From the NCBI GenBank assembly GCA_951406725.2, contig OX597814.1:145576001-145640000 (forward strand): a stretch of 64,000 nucleotides of DNA, written 5' to 3'. The notes beneath the pieces are model-generated. The model made no database searches, was not told where the DNA came from, and saw only the letters and a program-made list of their open reading frames with translations. Of the stretch, positions 1 through 11,060 are shown piece by piece; position 1 is the stretch's first letter, and each line of letters begins with the position of its first letter. Source of the stretch: Octopus vulgaris. Lineage: Eukaryota. The translations under genes and the position numbers were made by a program.

Positions 1-44
1 CTAGAGGTATGCGAGCCTGTGTGTGTATGCGTTTGTGTATATAT

Positions 45-86
<42 letters not shown>

Positions 87-693
87 GTGTGTGTTTCTTA
101 GCTTCCTTCTGTGCTTCACTTCACTTGTTTATGTGATTACATGACTGTTTTTATGTAATTTTCAAAACAGCATCCAAGAGCATAATCAACAGACTTAGTG
201 AGAGTGCTGTCTGAGGAGACATGGTCGCTTAACATTGCTTTCATAACAAAAGCTATCGAAATTACGGGTAGAGAACGAATACACACAGATGCACGCGCGC
301 GCGCGCGCACACACACACACACAGAGGTACACACATGTACACAAACACGCACATACACACATGCACAAACACACAAACACAAAAATGCTTCTCATCAATT
401 AGTCTCAATGCTTAATGTATTCGAAAACAAAACCTGATTCCAGCAGTGACAATTATATATACATAAAGAAAGCGCGCCATAAAATGACTATGATAACAAA
501 GATACACAGACATACACACACACAAACAAAGACGTAGAAACACACACGTATATATATATATATATCTTTGTTTTTATAAATGTATATGTATAGACATATG
601 TGGGAAAGTTTATGTAATTCCTAGTAAATATTAGTTCTAGGCATGTAGTTGTTAGTTTTAAGCATATACACACGTACAAATAAGCATATATAT

Positions 694-762
<69 letters not shown>

Positions 763-914
763 CATATACATATGTACACACACATGCATATATAGGTTCG
801 TACGTACGCACACACAGACATACACACATATTTCTGTAGGTTTCCATCAGTCTATCAATCTATCAATGCATATACACACATGCATTTATATATATATATA
901 TACATACATATATC

Positions 915-997
<83 letters not shown>

Positions 998-1160
998 GTG
1001 TGTGTTTATACATATATATATGCATATACATATACATACACTTATATAATTATTTACACACAGGTGTATATACACAAATATATACTCACATCCAAAGACA
1101 TACATACATACATACATACATACATACATACATGCATACATACACATACATACACGTACT
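1..1160. repeat. Compound microsatellite field: (GT)n, (CA)n, (AT)n ~919-994, (ATAC)n
   Basis: Directly visible simple repeats; the ORFs here translate to poly-YI/CV/HT. Confidence 0.95.
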
Positions 1161-1755
1161 ACTATTACACATGTATCTGCATGGATGTCATCAAGTAATT
1201 ACTATAATTTCATCAAAGCAACAAAATGAATTATAAATATTAATTTAGCGAAACAATCTCACATGTAACTCGTGATCGTTTGTTGCTGTTTTTTTGTTTT
1301 TTTTGTTTTTCATCTTCATACTACTTTCGTTAATGCACCCTTTTAAGTAATTGGATTCTTTCGATGCAAGTAACATACCGATGCCCTCTATCTCGATTTT
1401 CGTTTCTGTTTTTTTTTGTTTTTTTTTGTTTTATATGCATTCTGTTTTCTTTTGTACATCTAACATGGTGAAAAGAAACGTTAAGTGTCATCAGATATGT
1501 CACATGAAGACTGTGTTGCCAAACTATTTCAAGCGTTTCGTGATACAAATGATATTAAATATTATCAAGTTGTTGCTGCTGCTGCTGTTGCTTCGATTGT
1601 TCTCGATGATATTTCAGTATTATTAGTTGTCGTTATTGTTGTTTTACGTATTATTGTTGTTTAACCAGAGGTAGGCGATGACCGACCAAGCAGTGGATGA
1701 AAAGTGCCTCACAACTGCATGAAATGAGTATTAATTTTTCTTCTCTCTCCCCCCC

Positions 1756-1840
<85 letters not shown>

Positions 1841-2492
1841 ATCTATATTAAGATTAATTGAGACGATGTCCGGTCATCGAGTGACCAACGGTTTCGCATC
1901 CACAAAGACTTTAGGCTCGTGGATATCTCGTCACACTCTAAAGCCGAAGACAAATGGAATTTTTCGTCTCTTTGAAGCTGGAATCCGCTACGGTCATTTG
2001 GTTACTTGCTCATCAAAGAATAAATAGTCCAGGGTCAGCGAAGAAGGGTTGTTGACCTTAGACCAGTTTCATGTGAGTCGAAAGTGTGACGAGAAGGGAT
2101 TTATCCATTGGGCAGCTTTTGGATCGTAATGGTGCTTCTCATTAAATGAGGTTCAGTTTGAAATCTACTATATGAAGTCGCGGTCCAAGCAAAGTTGTTA
2201 GCTGCAACTTCGTTCATGTTGAGTAACTGGGTAACAATATTTACGTGTTGTTGATTCTATCGAACTAGTATATAATGATTATTTTACCAATCTTAGGTCA
2301 TTCAGCAAGTAAATTGACATAACAGAATCAGTGTAAAATGTAAGTAGATCTTGTTTGTCGTAGGGCTCTGATTTCGGAAATCTAACATACACAGGAATAC
2401 ATTTTATATACATGCATAGACATACAAGCATGCATGCATACGTAATTGCATACAAATGAATACACACACACACAAACCCACCCCCACACACA

Positions 2493-2539
<47 letters not shown>

Positions 2540-2984
2540 TCTCATGTTTGAGGCTTTAATGAAGTTGTAAGACATTACTCTGGAACTCGACTATGAGTCC
2601 ACCGCATCCTATAGCGGAAACATCTTTAAGTTATTGAAGTTGATGACCCTTTAAACCTTTGTCATTTCGTTTTTTTTTACACACATAAAGCACACACACA
2701 CACGTGTGTGCGTGTGTGCGGTAATTGGCCTTTCCTTTCTGATGGAATCTTAGGAGTGGGTGACGCCGAGGCGTACGACGTGTAAGGGCATTTTGGCCCT
2801 GCTAACTACTATCGTTTTCCATGTTTATACCGAGCCGAATTCGTAGCATCAAACAAAAAAAGAAAACAAGAGCATCCAGTGATAAAGTTATAGATATAAT
2901 TATCTTTCCCCGAAATGATTAAAATTGATGTTGTGCTCAACCGGAACGAGTTTTGTCTCTTCGCGATAACTATGTGTGAATCGT

Positions 2985-3165
2985 TGGCGATTTTCTTCCT
3001 CCGTCTTCCCTTCTTTTGGACTTTCATCTATTTCTAAAGAAGAGCTTTGCTCGAAACGTTAAGTCCTCTTTCTTTCCTTTCCTGAGCGTCTGATAATACA
3101 TTACTTGTATCGCGTCCTCCCGTTGTTGTTTTTTCATGTTTGTTCTTCTTTGTTTGGATTCACTA
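2985..3165 (+). mobile_element. Solo Penelope-type pseudo-LTR with a decayed minimal hammerhead
   Basis: Homologous to 24745-24930; motif CTAAAGA-a-gagc-ttt-gctc-GAAACGTTAA at ~3034-3063; ends in a microsatellite. Confidence 0.55.
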
Positions 3166-3179
3166 TACACACAGACACA

Positions 3180-3245
<66 letters not shown>

Positions 3246-3460
3246 CAGTAATCCCTCGCCTTATCGCGGTTTACCTATCGCGGTTTATTATTTAAGCTGA
3301 CCTCGATTTCTCTGTGGTATTGTTTTACATTTATAATAAAATATATACAAATTATAAAAATAATTTAAAAAAATTACATTACAGTACTGTTTGTACTTCG
3401 CGGATTTTCACCTATTGCGGGTGGTTTTGGAATGGAACAGCCGCGATTGTCGAGGGATAC
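3246..3460. mobile_element. pogo/Tigger-like MITE
   Basis: Starts TA|CAGTAATCCCTCGCCTTATCGCGG; the right end CCGCGATTGTCGAGGGATAC is its imperfect reverse complement; ~215 bp with no coding capacity. Confidence 0.6.
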
Positions 3461-3496
3461 CTATCTATCTATCTATACATCCATATCTATCTATCT

Positions 3497-5208
3497 GTAC
3501 ATCCAGTGATGTCAACCCCCAACACACTATATCGGACATAACGTTTAGTGCCCCTGATGTCTTAGCGGCGATAAACGAAATAAAACACAATTCAGCAGTA
3601 GGCCCCGATAGGTTCCCTGCTTGTGTCCTGAAGGTGTGTCGACACCAACTTGCATCTCCCCTTGCTAATCTGTGGAGAAACTCACTGGATGCTGGCTATA
3701 TTCCAAAACACCTTCTGTCTCAGTCTGTTGTCCCAGTTTTCAAAAAGGGAAACAAGTCCCTTGCAGTGAATTACCGTCCGATCTCACTCACCTCTCATAT
3801 CATCAAGGTATTTGAGAGGGTGGTGAGATCTCGAATAACCCAATTTCTGGAAAGCAACAGACGGCTGATCTCCAACCAACATGGGTTCCGTAATGGAAGG
3901 GACTGCCTAACGCAGCTCCTGCATCACTTTGAGGACATTTTGAGAGCTTTGGGAGAGGGCTCCAACACCGATGTCATCTACCTTGATTTCAGTAAGGCCT
4001 TCGACAGGGTCGATCACAAGATCCTATTGAAAAAACTATCCAACATTGGTGTCTCTGGAAAGTTACTGAAATGGATCAAGTGTTTCCTGACAGACAGATC
4101 TCAACATGTTGTAGTTGAAGGGGTAAAATCAAGCCCAGCCAAACTCAGTAGTGGCGTTCCGCAAGGCACTGTGCTGGGCCCACTTCTTTTCATCATTTAC
4201 ATTAATGACATTAATAACATCATCAAGCACAGCAACATAAAAATCTTTGCAGATGACTCCAAGCTACAGAAGGTCATAAATGAGGCGAGTGACCGGACAT
4301 GCCTTCAGTCAGATCTACTGGCTGTTATCCAATGGGCAGAAAAAAACAATATGCTGCTGAACGAGGATAAATTTGAGCTAATCCACTTTGGAAAAGAGGA
4401 TGCCCTGAAACTCCCATACTCCCTTCCTTCAGGTGAAACTCTCGCGGCGTCCAACAACATCAGAGACTTGGGAGTAATTGTGGACAACAACATAAGCTGG
4501 GCCACTCATATAAACACCAAAGTTGACATGGCCCGCATAATGTGTTCGTGGATTCTCAGAACTTTCCAGTCGAGAGATATCCACACCATTATCCTTCTCT
4601 TCTCCACTTTTGCCCGACCCCATCTTGAATACTGTTGTCCACTGTGGTCTCCCCACACAATACAAGGTATCATAAAAGTTGAAGCACCTCAAAGGGCAAT
4701 CACAAAAAAGATAGATGGCATGACAGGCCTCGACTATTGCGGTCGACTAGAAAAGCTAAAACTCTATTCTCTCCAACGTCGTCGTGAGCGCTACATCATC
4801 TGCATGATGTGGAAAATATTTCATCAGCATTGCCCAAATGATGTTGGCATCACCTTTAAGGTACATCCAAGGCTTGGGCCCCGTGCCATCCGCCCAAAAC
4901 AAAAATCGCACTCTCATCTCATAACAACAATACGGCACAATTATTTCACCTCAATTGGCCCCGCTCTCTTTAACATTGCACCAAAACACATTAAAACAGA
5001 AACTGACCCTATAGGGTTCAAGAAGTCTTTGGACAGATTCCTTCAAGAAATCCCGGATAAACCCCCTACACCCGGATATGTCTCTGTAAACAATAACTCT
5101 CTACTTGAGTGGGCCATAGTGCCCAAATTCTGACTTGAAAGACTTCACCAGGTGGTGCTATTAAGTTAGACATGGCCTGGGCCAATAATGGCCGAAACCT
5201 ATCAAAGT
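3497..5208 (+). mobile_element. 5'-truncated CR1/L2-group non-LTR retrotransposon, young copy
   Basis: Open RT frame, a ~75-nt 3' UTR with a stem-loop and an AAGTAAGTA end; no endonuclease domain present. Confidence 0.92.
3499..5133 (+). CDS. LINE ORF2 reverse transcriptase domain plus C-terminus, 5'-partial; the ORF-track start at 3391 is spurious
   Basis: Motifs NYRPISLTS, QHGFR, YLDFSKAFDRVDH, SGVPQGTVLGPLLF, FADD, RDLGV, LEYC..LWSP; no stop over ~545 codons. Confidence 0.9.
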   Translation, partial: TSSDVNPQHTISDITFSAPDVLAAINEIKHNSAVGPDRFPACVLKVCRHQLASPLANLWRNSLDAGYIPKHLLSQSVVPVFKKGNKSLAVNYRPISLTSHIIKVFERVVRSRITQFLESNRRLISNQHGFRNGRDCLTQLLHHFEDILRALGEGSNTDVIYLDFSKAFDRVDHKILLKKLSNIGVSGKLLKWIKCFLTDRSQHVVVEGVKSSPAKLSSGVPQGTVLGPLLFIIYINDINNIIKHSNIKIFADDSKLQKVINEASDRTCLQSDLLAVIQWAEKNNMLLNEDKFELIHFGKEDALKLPYSLPSGETLAASNNIRDLGVIVDNNISWATHINTKVDMARIMCSWILRTFQSRDIHTIILLFSTFARPHLEYCCPLWSPHTIQGIIKVEAPQRAITKKIDGMTGLDYCGRLEKLKLYSLQRRRERYIICMMWKIFHQHCPNDVGITFKVHPRLGPRAIRPKQKSHSHLITTIRHNYFTSIGPALFNIAPKHIKTETDPIGFKKSLDRFLQEIPDKPPTPGYVSVNNNSLLEWAIVPKF

Positions 5209-5216
5209 AAGTATAC

Positions 5217-5290
<74 letters not shown>

Positions 5291-5307
5291 ATATATATAT
5301 ATATATT

Positions 5308-6476
5308 TCGTTTACTGGACAGATGCTGGAGTACCTTCTTTCAGTGTTTTGATGTCTCATTTTGGTACCGTTTTTGGACAACTGAGTTGGATGAAGCTGC
5401 TTTTCTTTGTACCTCCTGCTGGGATGCAGTCTTATCTGGGATTTCTGACAGAAATTTCTCATGGTGCTTTTGAATGTTCCCAGATCTACAACTTGCAGAT
5501 CTGTTAGGTCCCGTGGAAGGATGTTAAACTGGTGTGATACCCAGAACCCTGAGCTAATGCAATACTGGATCCTTATCTGAAAGGAAGAAGACGGTATCTT
5601 TCATATTACGCAGTGCTGTCCAGTTCGATGGCTTGTATAGGTTTCAGTTCTAAAGTTGTGAGCCAGACTTTCCAGGGTCTTCCATATGTATGTCACAGCA
5701 TAATTTTCTCGTCTTCTCTCCACGGAGTAGAGCTTCATTTCTTGTAACCTCACCTATTTGTTCATTTGTTTCACCAAGTCAATCTTCTTTGTGTAATGCC
5801 GCTGGATTGCCTCAAGTTTCGTATCAAAATTTGACATTCTGCTGCGGGAGCAGTAATCCAGTCGACTGAGGACAAATGTGCTCCTTAAGAGTAGCAAGGT
5901 ATCCTTACTTCTGGCTCTGAATGACATAAGGATCCATCAAGCTACTCGCCTTCATAGTCTTGCCATCCTGGCAATACACACATGAATAGTTGCATCACTA
6001 CTTATGTAGATTCCCAGGTCACGCATCGTGTTTAACTCTGGGATTGCACTGCCCCCTGATCCTATGTATTCAGATTGTAGTCTGTGGGTCGATAGCGGAG
6101 TGCTTTGAAACTGATCAGCATTGAACTGCATGTTATTTTCATCGGTTCATTCGTATATTGCATGCAAGTCGTTTTGCAGTTTTACTATACCATCAAGCTT
6201 TTTGACTGCCTGAGATATGTATCATTAGCATAACTGGTGAGTGATTGCCTGTATAACTGAGGGCAATGTCTGAGAGAGCCACAACAAACAGTAGTGGTCC
6301 CAGTACAGTTCCCTGAGGAACTCCGCTGCAACTGCCGGACTTCTGTCTATGAAAAAGTCGTGCGGCTACTCTCAGTTTTCCAGTGATAGCCAGATTATGT
6401 AGTTTGTGACATCATCAATGATCAACTTTATCAAGGGCTTTGGCAAGTCGAGATATATGACATGCACATTTGAGTG

Positions 6477-6480
<4 letters not shown>
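5308..6480 (-). pseudogene. Decayed CR1-group LINE of a second family (RT plus 3' end)
   Basis: Minus-strand translation gives VIYLD.AKALDKVDH (~6420-6465), SGVPQGTVLGPLLF (~6290-6330) and RDLGI, with frameshifts and stops. Confidence 0.85.
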
Positions 6481-6540
<60 letters not shown>

Positions 6541-6544
6541 TATA

Positions 6545-6690
6545 AGCGCGATATGGTCAAAATAAACACCGCAGTGTATATTGTGACGAATTATATAAAA
6601 TTATTACCTTTGTATGGTATTTATTCCCATGCTGGCCACTTGATAATATCGATATTTAAATATCGATATTATCCTTATTTATAAATTTGT
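6545..6690 (+). mobile_element. Fragment of the 52.7-kb HHR element family, with a 5'-inverted piece
   Basis: ATTCCCATGCTGGCCACTTGATAA...TTATCCTTA matches 52902-52963; 6547-6576 resembles the reverse complement of ~52999-53028. Confidence 0.6.
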
Positions 6691-6695
6691 ATATA

Positions 6696-6726
<31 letters not shown>

Positions 6727-6919
6727 CAACAAATGAGGGTAAAATTAATTAATTAATCAATTTCACCAAGTGTTCAGTATGTAAAAGGACCATTTAAGGC
6801 GAATTCAAAATATTACATTATATAATTAGGGCTTAGTAAAATAAATTACTTTGCCACATACTGAACTTAGTAGAAATAGCAGCCAAAAAAATTTTCTTAG
6901 CATTTCTACTACTAGAAAT

Positions 6920-6982
6920 TTTGAGCTGACGAAAGAAATGCGGATTTTATTTGGCTAATCTTGAAACGTTGACGTACTCAAA
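6920..6982 (+). ncRNA. Type I hammerhead ribozyme
   Basis: tttgag-CTGACGA-aaga...tctt-GAAA-cgttgacg-TA-ctcaaa; stem I is 6 bp; predicted cut after 6976. Confidence 0.8.
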
Positions 6983-7481
6983 CGATCTATGTATTGTGAT
7001 ACGTTTCTGTATTTACCTCCAAACCTTCGTGAGCTGTCTGGAGTAAACATTATCTGAGAGAAATTTTCTTTAAGTAGTAGAAATGCTAAGAAAATTTTTT
7101 TGGCTGCTATTTCTACTAAGTTCAGTATGTGGCAAAGTAATTTATTTTACTAAGCCCTAATTATATAATGTAATATTTTGAATTCGCCTTAAATGGTCCT
7201 TTTACATACTGAACACTTGGTGAAATTGATTAATTAATTAATTTTACCCTCAATTGTTGATATTATAATTCATTTCTCTCGGTCATACTGCCTCGGTTCT
7301 CGCGGTTAAAATATAATGTTTGCTAGATAGACCACGTGGGTGGAATGAGGAGTGCAGAAATTTACGCCTGCGCATTTTGAATTTGTTGACACTGTTAGTT
7401 GGAGTGGTTCATCTGAAGCGACAAGTTCGCTGATAGGTAATGTTCCTTCGTTTTAGTGTTTCCAAATCCAAATTAAGAAAT

Positions 7482-7544
7482 TTTGAGCTGACGAAAGAAA
7501 TGCTGATTTTATTTGGCTAATCTCGAAACGTTGAAGTACTCAAA
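7482..7544 (+). ncRNA. Type I hammerhead ribozyme, second copy with a weaker stem III
   Basis: tttgag-CTGACGA-aaga...tctc-GAAA-cgttgaag-TA-ctcaaa; predicted cut after 7538. Confidence 0.7.
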
Positions 7545-7733
7545 CGATCTATGTACTTGTGATATGTTTCTGTATTTACCTCCAAACCTTCGTGAGCTGT
7601 CTGGAGTAAGCATTATCTGAGAGAAATTTTCTTTAAGTAGTAGAAATGCTAAGAAAATTTTTTTGGCTGCTATTTCTACTAAGTTCAGTATGTGGCAAAG
7701 TAATTTATTTTACTAAGCCCTAATTATATAATG

Positions 7734-7788
<55 letters not shown>

Positions 7789-8339
7789 AGCAAGGAAAAA
7801 TTGTAAAAATGCAGAATGCTCAAATGAAAGAAAATTTTATTGAAATGAGAAATTGATAAAATATATAAATATATATTTATTTATTCAAACCGGTCCACCA
7901 TTTATTGATATATATATATATATATATAGATATAGATATACCTGCTGCTTGGACGTATTTTTTTTATTTTGTCTCTCCCCCCACAGATACATATATAGTA
8001 TTTTTGAACTATTCTGCGCATTTTCTGTGTAGGTTATTTAATACGATTATTTTTTACACAATGCTATAGAAGGAAATCCCTGCTCAGGATTTCACGAGGG
8101 GTAATCGAACCTGGAAGCACATGTAAACAATGCGACATGCCCTTAGTTGTATAGGCAGCCATTTCCACCAGTTATGTTAAAACAAACGTATCTCAGGCTG
8201 TGAAAGACCCTGGTAACATAGTAAAACAGCAAAATGACTTGCATGCAATATACAAATGAACCACACACATTGACAAGAGCTTATATAAACTTCTCCCTTT
8301 CGAAACCCATCTTTCTCATATAACTGTAGAACTAGAAAT

Positions 8340-8630
8340 ATAGTCTACAGCATAAGTTGCATAGAGTGTGCTTGTAAAGACAAGAACATGATATATATAG
8401 GTGAGACATCTAGAAGCATTGCAGAGAGACGAGATGACCATTTGAAACAATATGACGACAAAAAAAACCAGTCCTCCATACTCTTCCAACATGCCGATGA
8501 CCAACATGGAGGCACCCTGGATAAACTTGACATCCGCATTTTATCCAAGCACCCGAAAGATCCAACACTCAGACAAATTCAGGAGTACCTCCTCATAAAT
8601 GAAACATCCCTAAATAGGAAATATACGTAG
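8340..8630 (+). pseudogene. GIY-YIG endonuclease fragment of a Penelope-like element
   Basis: IYIGETSRSIAERRDDH...FQHADDQH...RQIQEYLLI...LN; preceded by a short CR1 RT scrap at ~8190-8265. Confidence 0.75.
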
Positions 8631-8721
8631 AAGGTAGTCATAACCCAATACCCACAATTTACATATACACAGGTAGAGTTGTTAGTAGGCTGTTATGTAG
8701 ACGTGTGTATATATATATATA

Positions 8722-11060
8722 TCGTGAAAATTTACAGAAATCAAAAGACGAAGATGGGTGTGTAAACAACAAACAGATGTATTAGTTTAACGCTCGGGAA
8801 GTGACAAAGACTTTTACGTTTCGAGCCTGCGCTCTTCGACAGAAAGGAACACAGAAATAAACAGGGAGAGAAAATACAAAAAAGGCTTAGTGGCTAGAGA
8901 TCTATCATGGCGAATGCCGGACAGAGAGGTCACACATGAGAGCTGAGAAGAAGGGGAGATAATAAAGTAGTGGTGATGCCAAAACGAAGGTGCGCGTGAG
9001 TGTGCATGTGAGAGTGTGTATGTGTGTGTGGGAGGAGGCAGGTGACATTGACGCATGCATGTGTGCATGTGTTAGTGTGTGGAAAATGGTGTAGGTGCTG
9101 GGAAGTGGTCAGTGCTAATGTGTGCGGAGTGGTGTGATGTGGTGTGGTATGGTGGTATGTGGTATGTGGTGGTGTGTGGTGTGGTGCTGTTGGGGGTGTG
9201 GGGGAGACGAGAGTGGTGGAAGCAAGCGTGGGGTCTAAGGGATGGGGGTGGGATGGGAAGTATAGGGATGGTGGGGTTGAAATGTGTAGGTTGGGGTAAC
9301 GAGGGATGGGAAAATGAAGCGAGAGGGTGGAAGGCAGAAGGTGGGTAGGACTGAAAAGAGGAAGTAAGTGCCAGAGCAAGAGAGGAGAGGTGGTGGGAAG
9401 AAGTAGGTGTGAAAGGAAGAGATGAGGACGGTTAGATGAAGAGGGGAGGCGAGTTGAGCCCATTGGCGCAAACGAGCGAAGAGAGAAGATTAATCACTGC
9501 TCACGGCAAACACGGGAGTCCGGTTGCCCCCTGTGCAAGGACAACCCGAACACAGACAAGTGTTGTAAAGAGCGACCGGTAGAGAGGGAATGACGTGAGA
9601 GCGGGGTATCGTTGTCGAGTTTGATGTCTCGGATTTGTTCGCGAACCGGTCAGCCAAACAGCGTCCCGTTTGACCGATGTATAGAGGAAAGGAAGAGCAG
9701 GAGATGCAGTAGACGACGTTGCTAGAAGTGCAGGTGAATGGTGGATGATGTGTGCCTGTGAGGAGGGCAGATGATGAGTGCCTGTGAGGAGCGTGGATGA
9801 TGGGTGCCTGTTGGAGAGGTAAGGGCAGCAGCGTGGGTGGGAGCAAGGGAACGAGCCGGGTTAGGAGGTAGTGCTAGGAAATAAGCTGTGGACCTAGAGG
9901 TCTCGTAGGTTGTGGACTCGTTTGAAGGAGGGGAGGGGTCGGTTAGGGAAGATGTGCGAAGTGGAGCGGTCGCATTGGAGTCTCGCAGGAAGGCTCGGAG
10001 AATGGTGCGTTGAAGAGGTAAGTTGGTAGGGTGGTAGGTGAGGGGAAACGGGAGACGGGTGACGGCGGGGCGGGTGCGGGGAGAGAGAGAGAGCAAATGC
10101 ACGGTCCACTGAAGTGCTCTGGTAAGGATGGTGGGGATAGTGGTGAGGGGATATCCACGACAGATGAAGTGGTGAGCCATGAGCTGAGAGTGAGTCTCAG
10201 TCATGGTTGTCACTGCAGAGCCTGCGTAGTCGGAGGAATTAGGAGTAGGGAATGGAGAGGTTGGTGTGTTTAAGGTGGGAAGAGGAGGAGTTGAGTTATG
10301 AGTATTTTTAGTGGATGGAGGTGGTGAGAGTGGAGGGGTGAATGCTGACCGAATTATCGAGAAAGGCGATTGAGGTGTCGGAAATAGTGAAGGAAAAGTT
10401 AAATGCAGGATGGAAAAAATTGACAAAAGAGAAGAAAGAGTCTAGATGTTCACGAGAGAGTGAGGTCGCACTGATACAGTCATCAATATAACGACCGTAT
10501 ATTTCAGGAGCGGAACTTGTGAAACTTGAGAATATTTGGGCCTCAACGTAGCCAACGAAATGGTTCGCATAGTTGGGATCCATTCTCGTTACCATGGCCC
10601 CTCCCAAGACATGCCGGTAAAAATCACCAGCGAACGAGATGCGGTTCAGGGAGAGGACAAGTTCGCACCACAGCACCACGACTGCTCCCTTGTCGGCCGG
10701 TTTTATAATGATGTCCGTGTGGCGCGGAGATATCGAATGGCTGAGAGTTCGTCTGGGGAGATACTCAGATGTCGGGGCCGCATGGAAAATTCAAACCGAT
10801 CCACAGCACGCTGGCAGGCGCCCGCAAAAAGATCGACTGTTTGGAACTGGCCAGGAGCTGGCGTCCATTAGGATGGTCGGCGGCCCAGGTCGGGAAAGCA
10901 GTCCTCCTTATTAGATGCAGGGGGAGTGTCGCAAAATAGTGCACACAACCTAACGCGGCGCACGAAGCTGTGCATATCGGCACTAGTTGAAAATTCGTTG
11001 CTGGTTGGCGTGAGGGGGATGAAGCGCAGACCCCTACAGTGGAGGGAGCGCTCCGCCATC
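8722..11060 (-). mobile_element. Decayed, internally deleted Penelope-like retrotransposon (Neptune-like)
   Basis: N-terminal ERSLHCRGLRFIP...FVRRVRL (10868-11059); RT GGAMVTRMDPNYAN...RYIDDC (10308-10679); GIY-YIG CTSSNVVYCISC..LYIGQTGR (9490-9740); low-complexity spacer; pLTR 8722-8905. Confidence 0.88.
8811..8846 (-). ncRNA. Minimal hammerhead-like motif in the PLE pseudo-LTR (non-canonical core)
   Basis: cttt-CTGTCGA-a-gagc-gcag-gctc-GAAA-cg-TA-aaag; A6 is replaced by T. Confidence 0.55.

Larger units (their letters stand above)
6723..7739 (+). mobile_element. Non-coding PLE-type/retrozyme-like element: inverted arm plus ~1.5 tandem units of 562 nt
   Basis: Inverted arms 6723-6913 / 7073-7263; direct repeats 6914-7176 / 7476-7739; (TA)n on both flanks; two HHR motifs. 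Confidence 0.85.

Noticed and set aside
137-1236. Many 60-170 aa ORFs here and in similar tracts across the window
   Set aside because: They translate microsatellites (YIYI, CVCV, HTHT, YLSI) and are not genes
2585-2630. CTATGA...cgc..gcg-GAAAC hammerhead-like string
   Set aside because: The core is incomplete and stems I and III cannot be formed
3391-3498. N-terminal extension of the 580-aa ORF, suggesting a chimeric or domesticated RT gene
   Set aside because: It starts at a TTG inside a MITE and runs through an (ATCT) tract; chance read-through upstream of a truncated LINE
5170-5205. GGCCAATAATGGCC-GAAAC in the LINE 3' UTR, resembling half a hammerhead
   Set aside because: No CTGANGA or stem I; better explained as the LINE 3' recognition stem-loop
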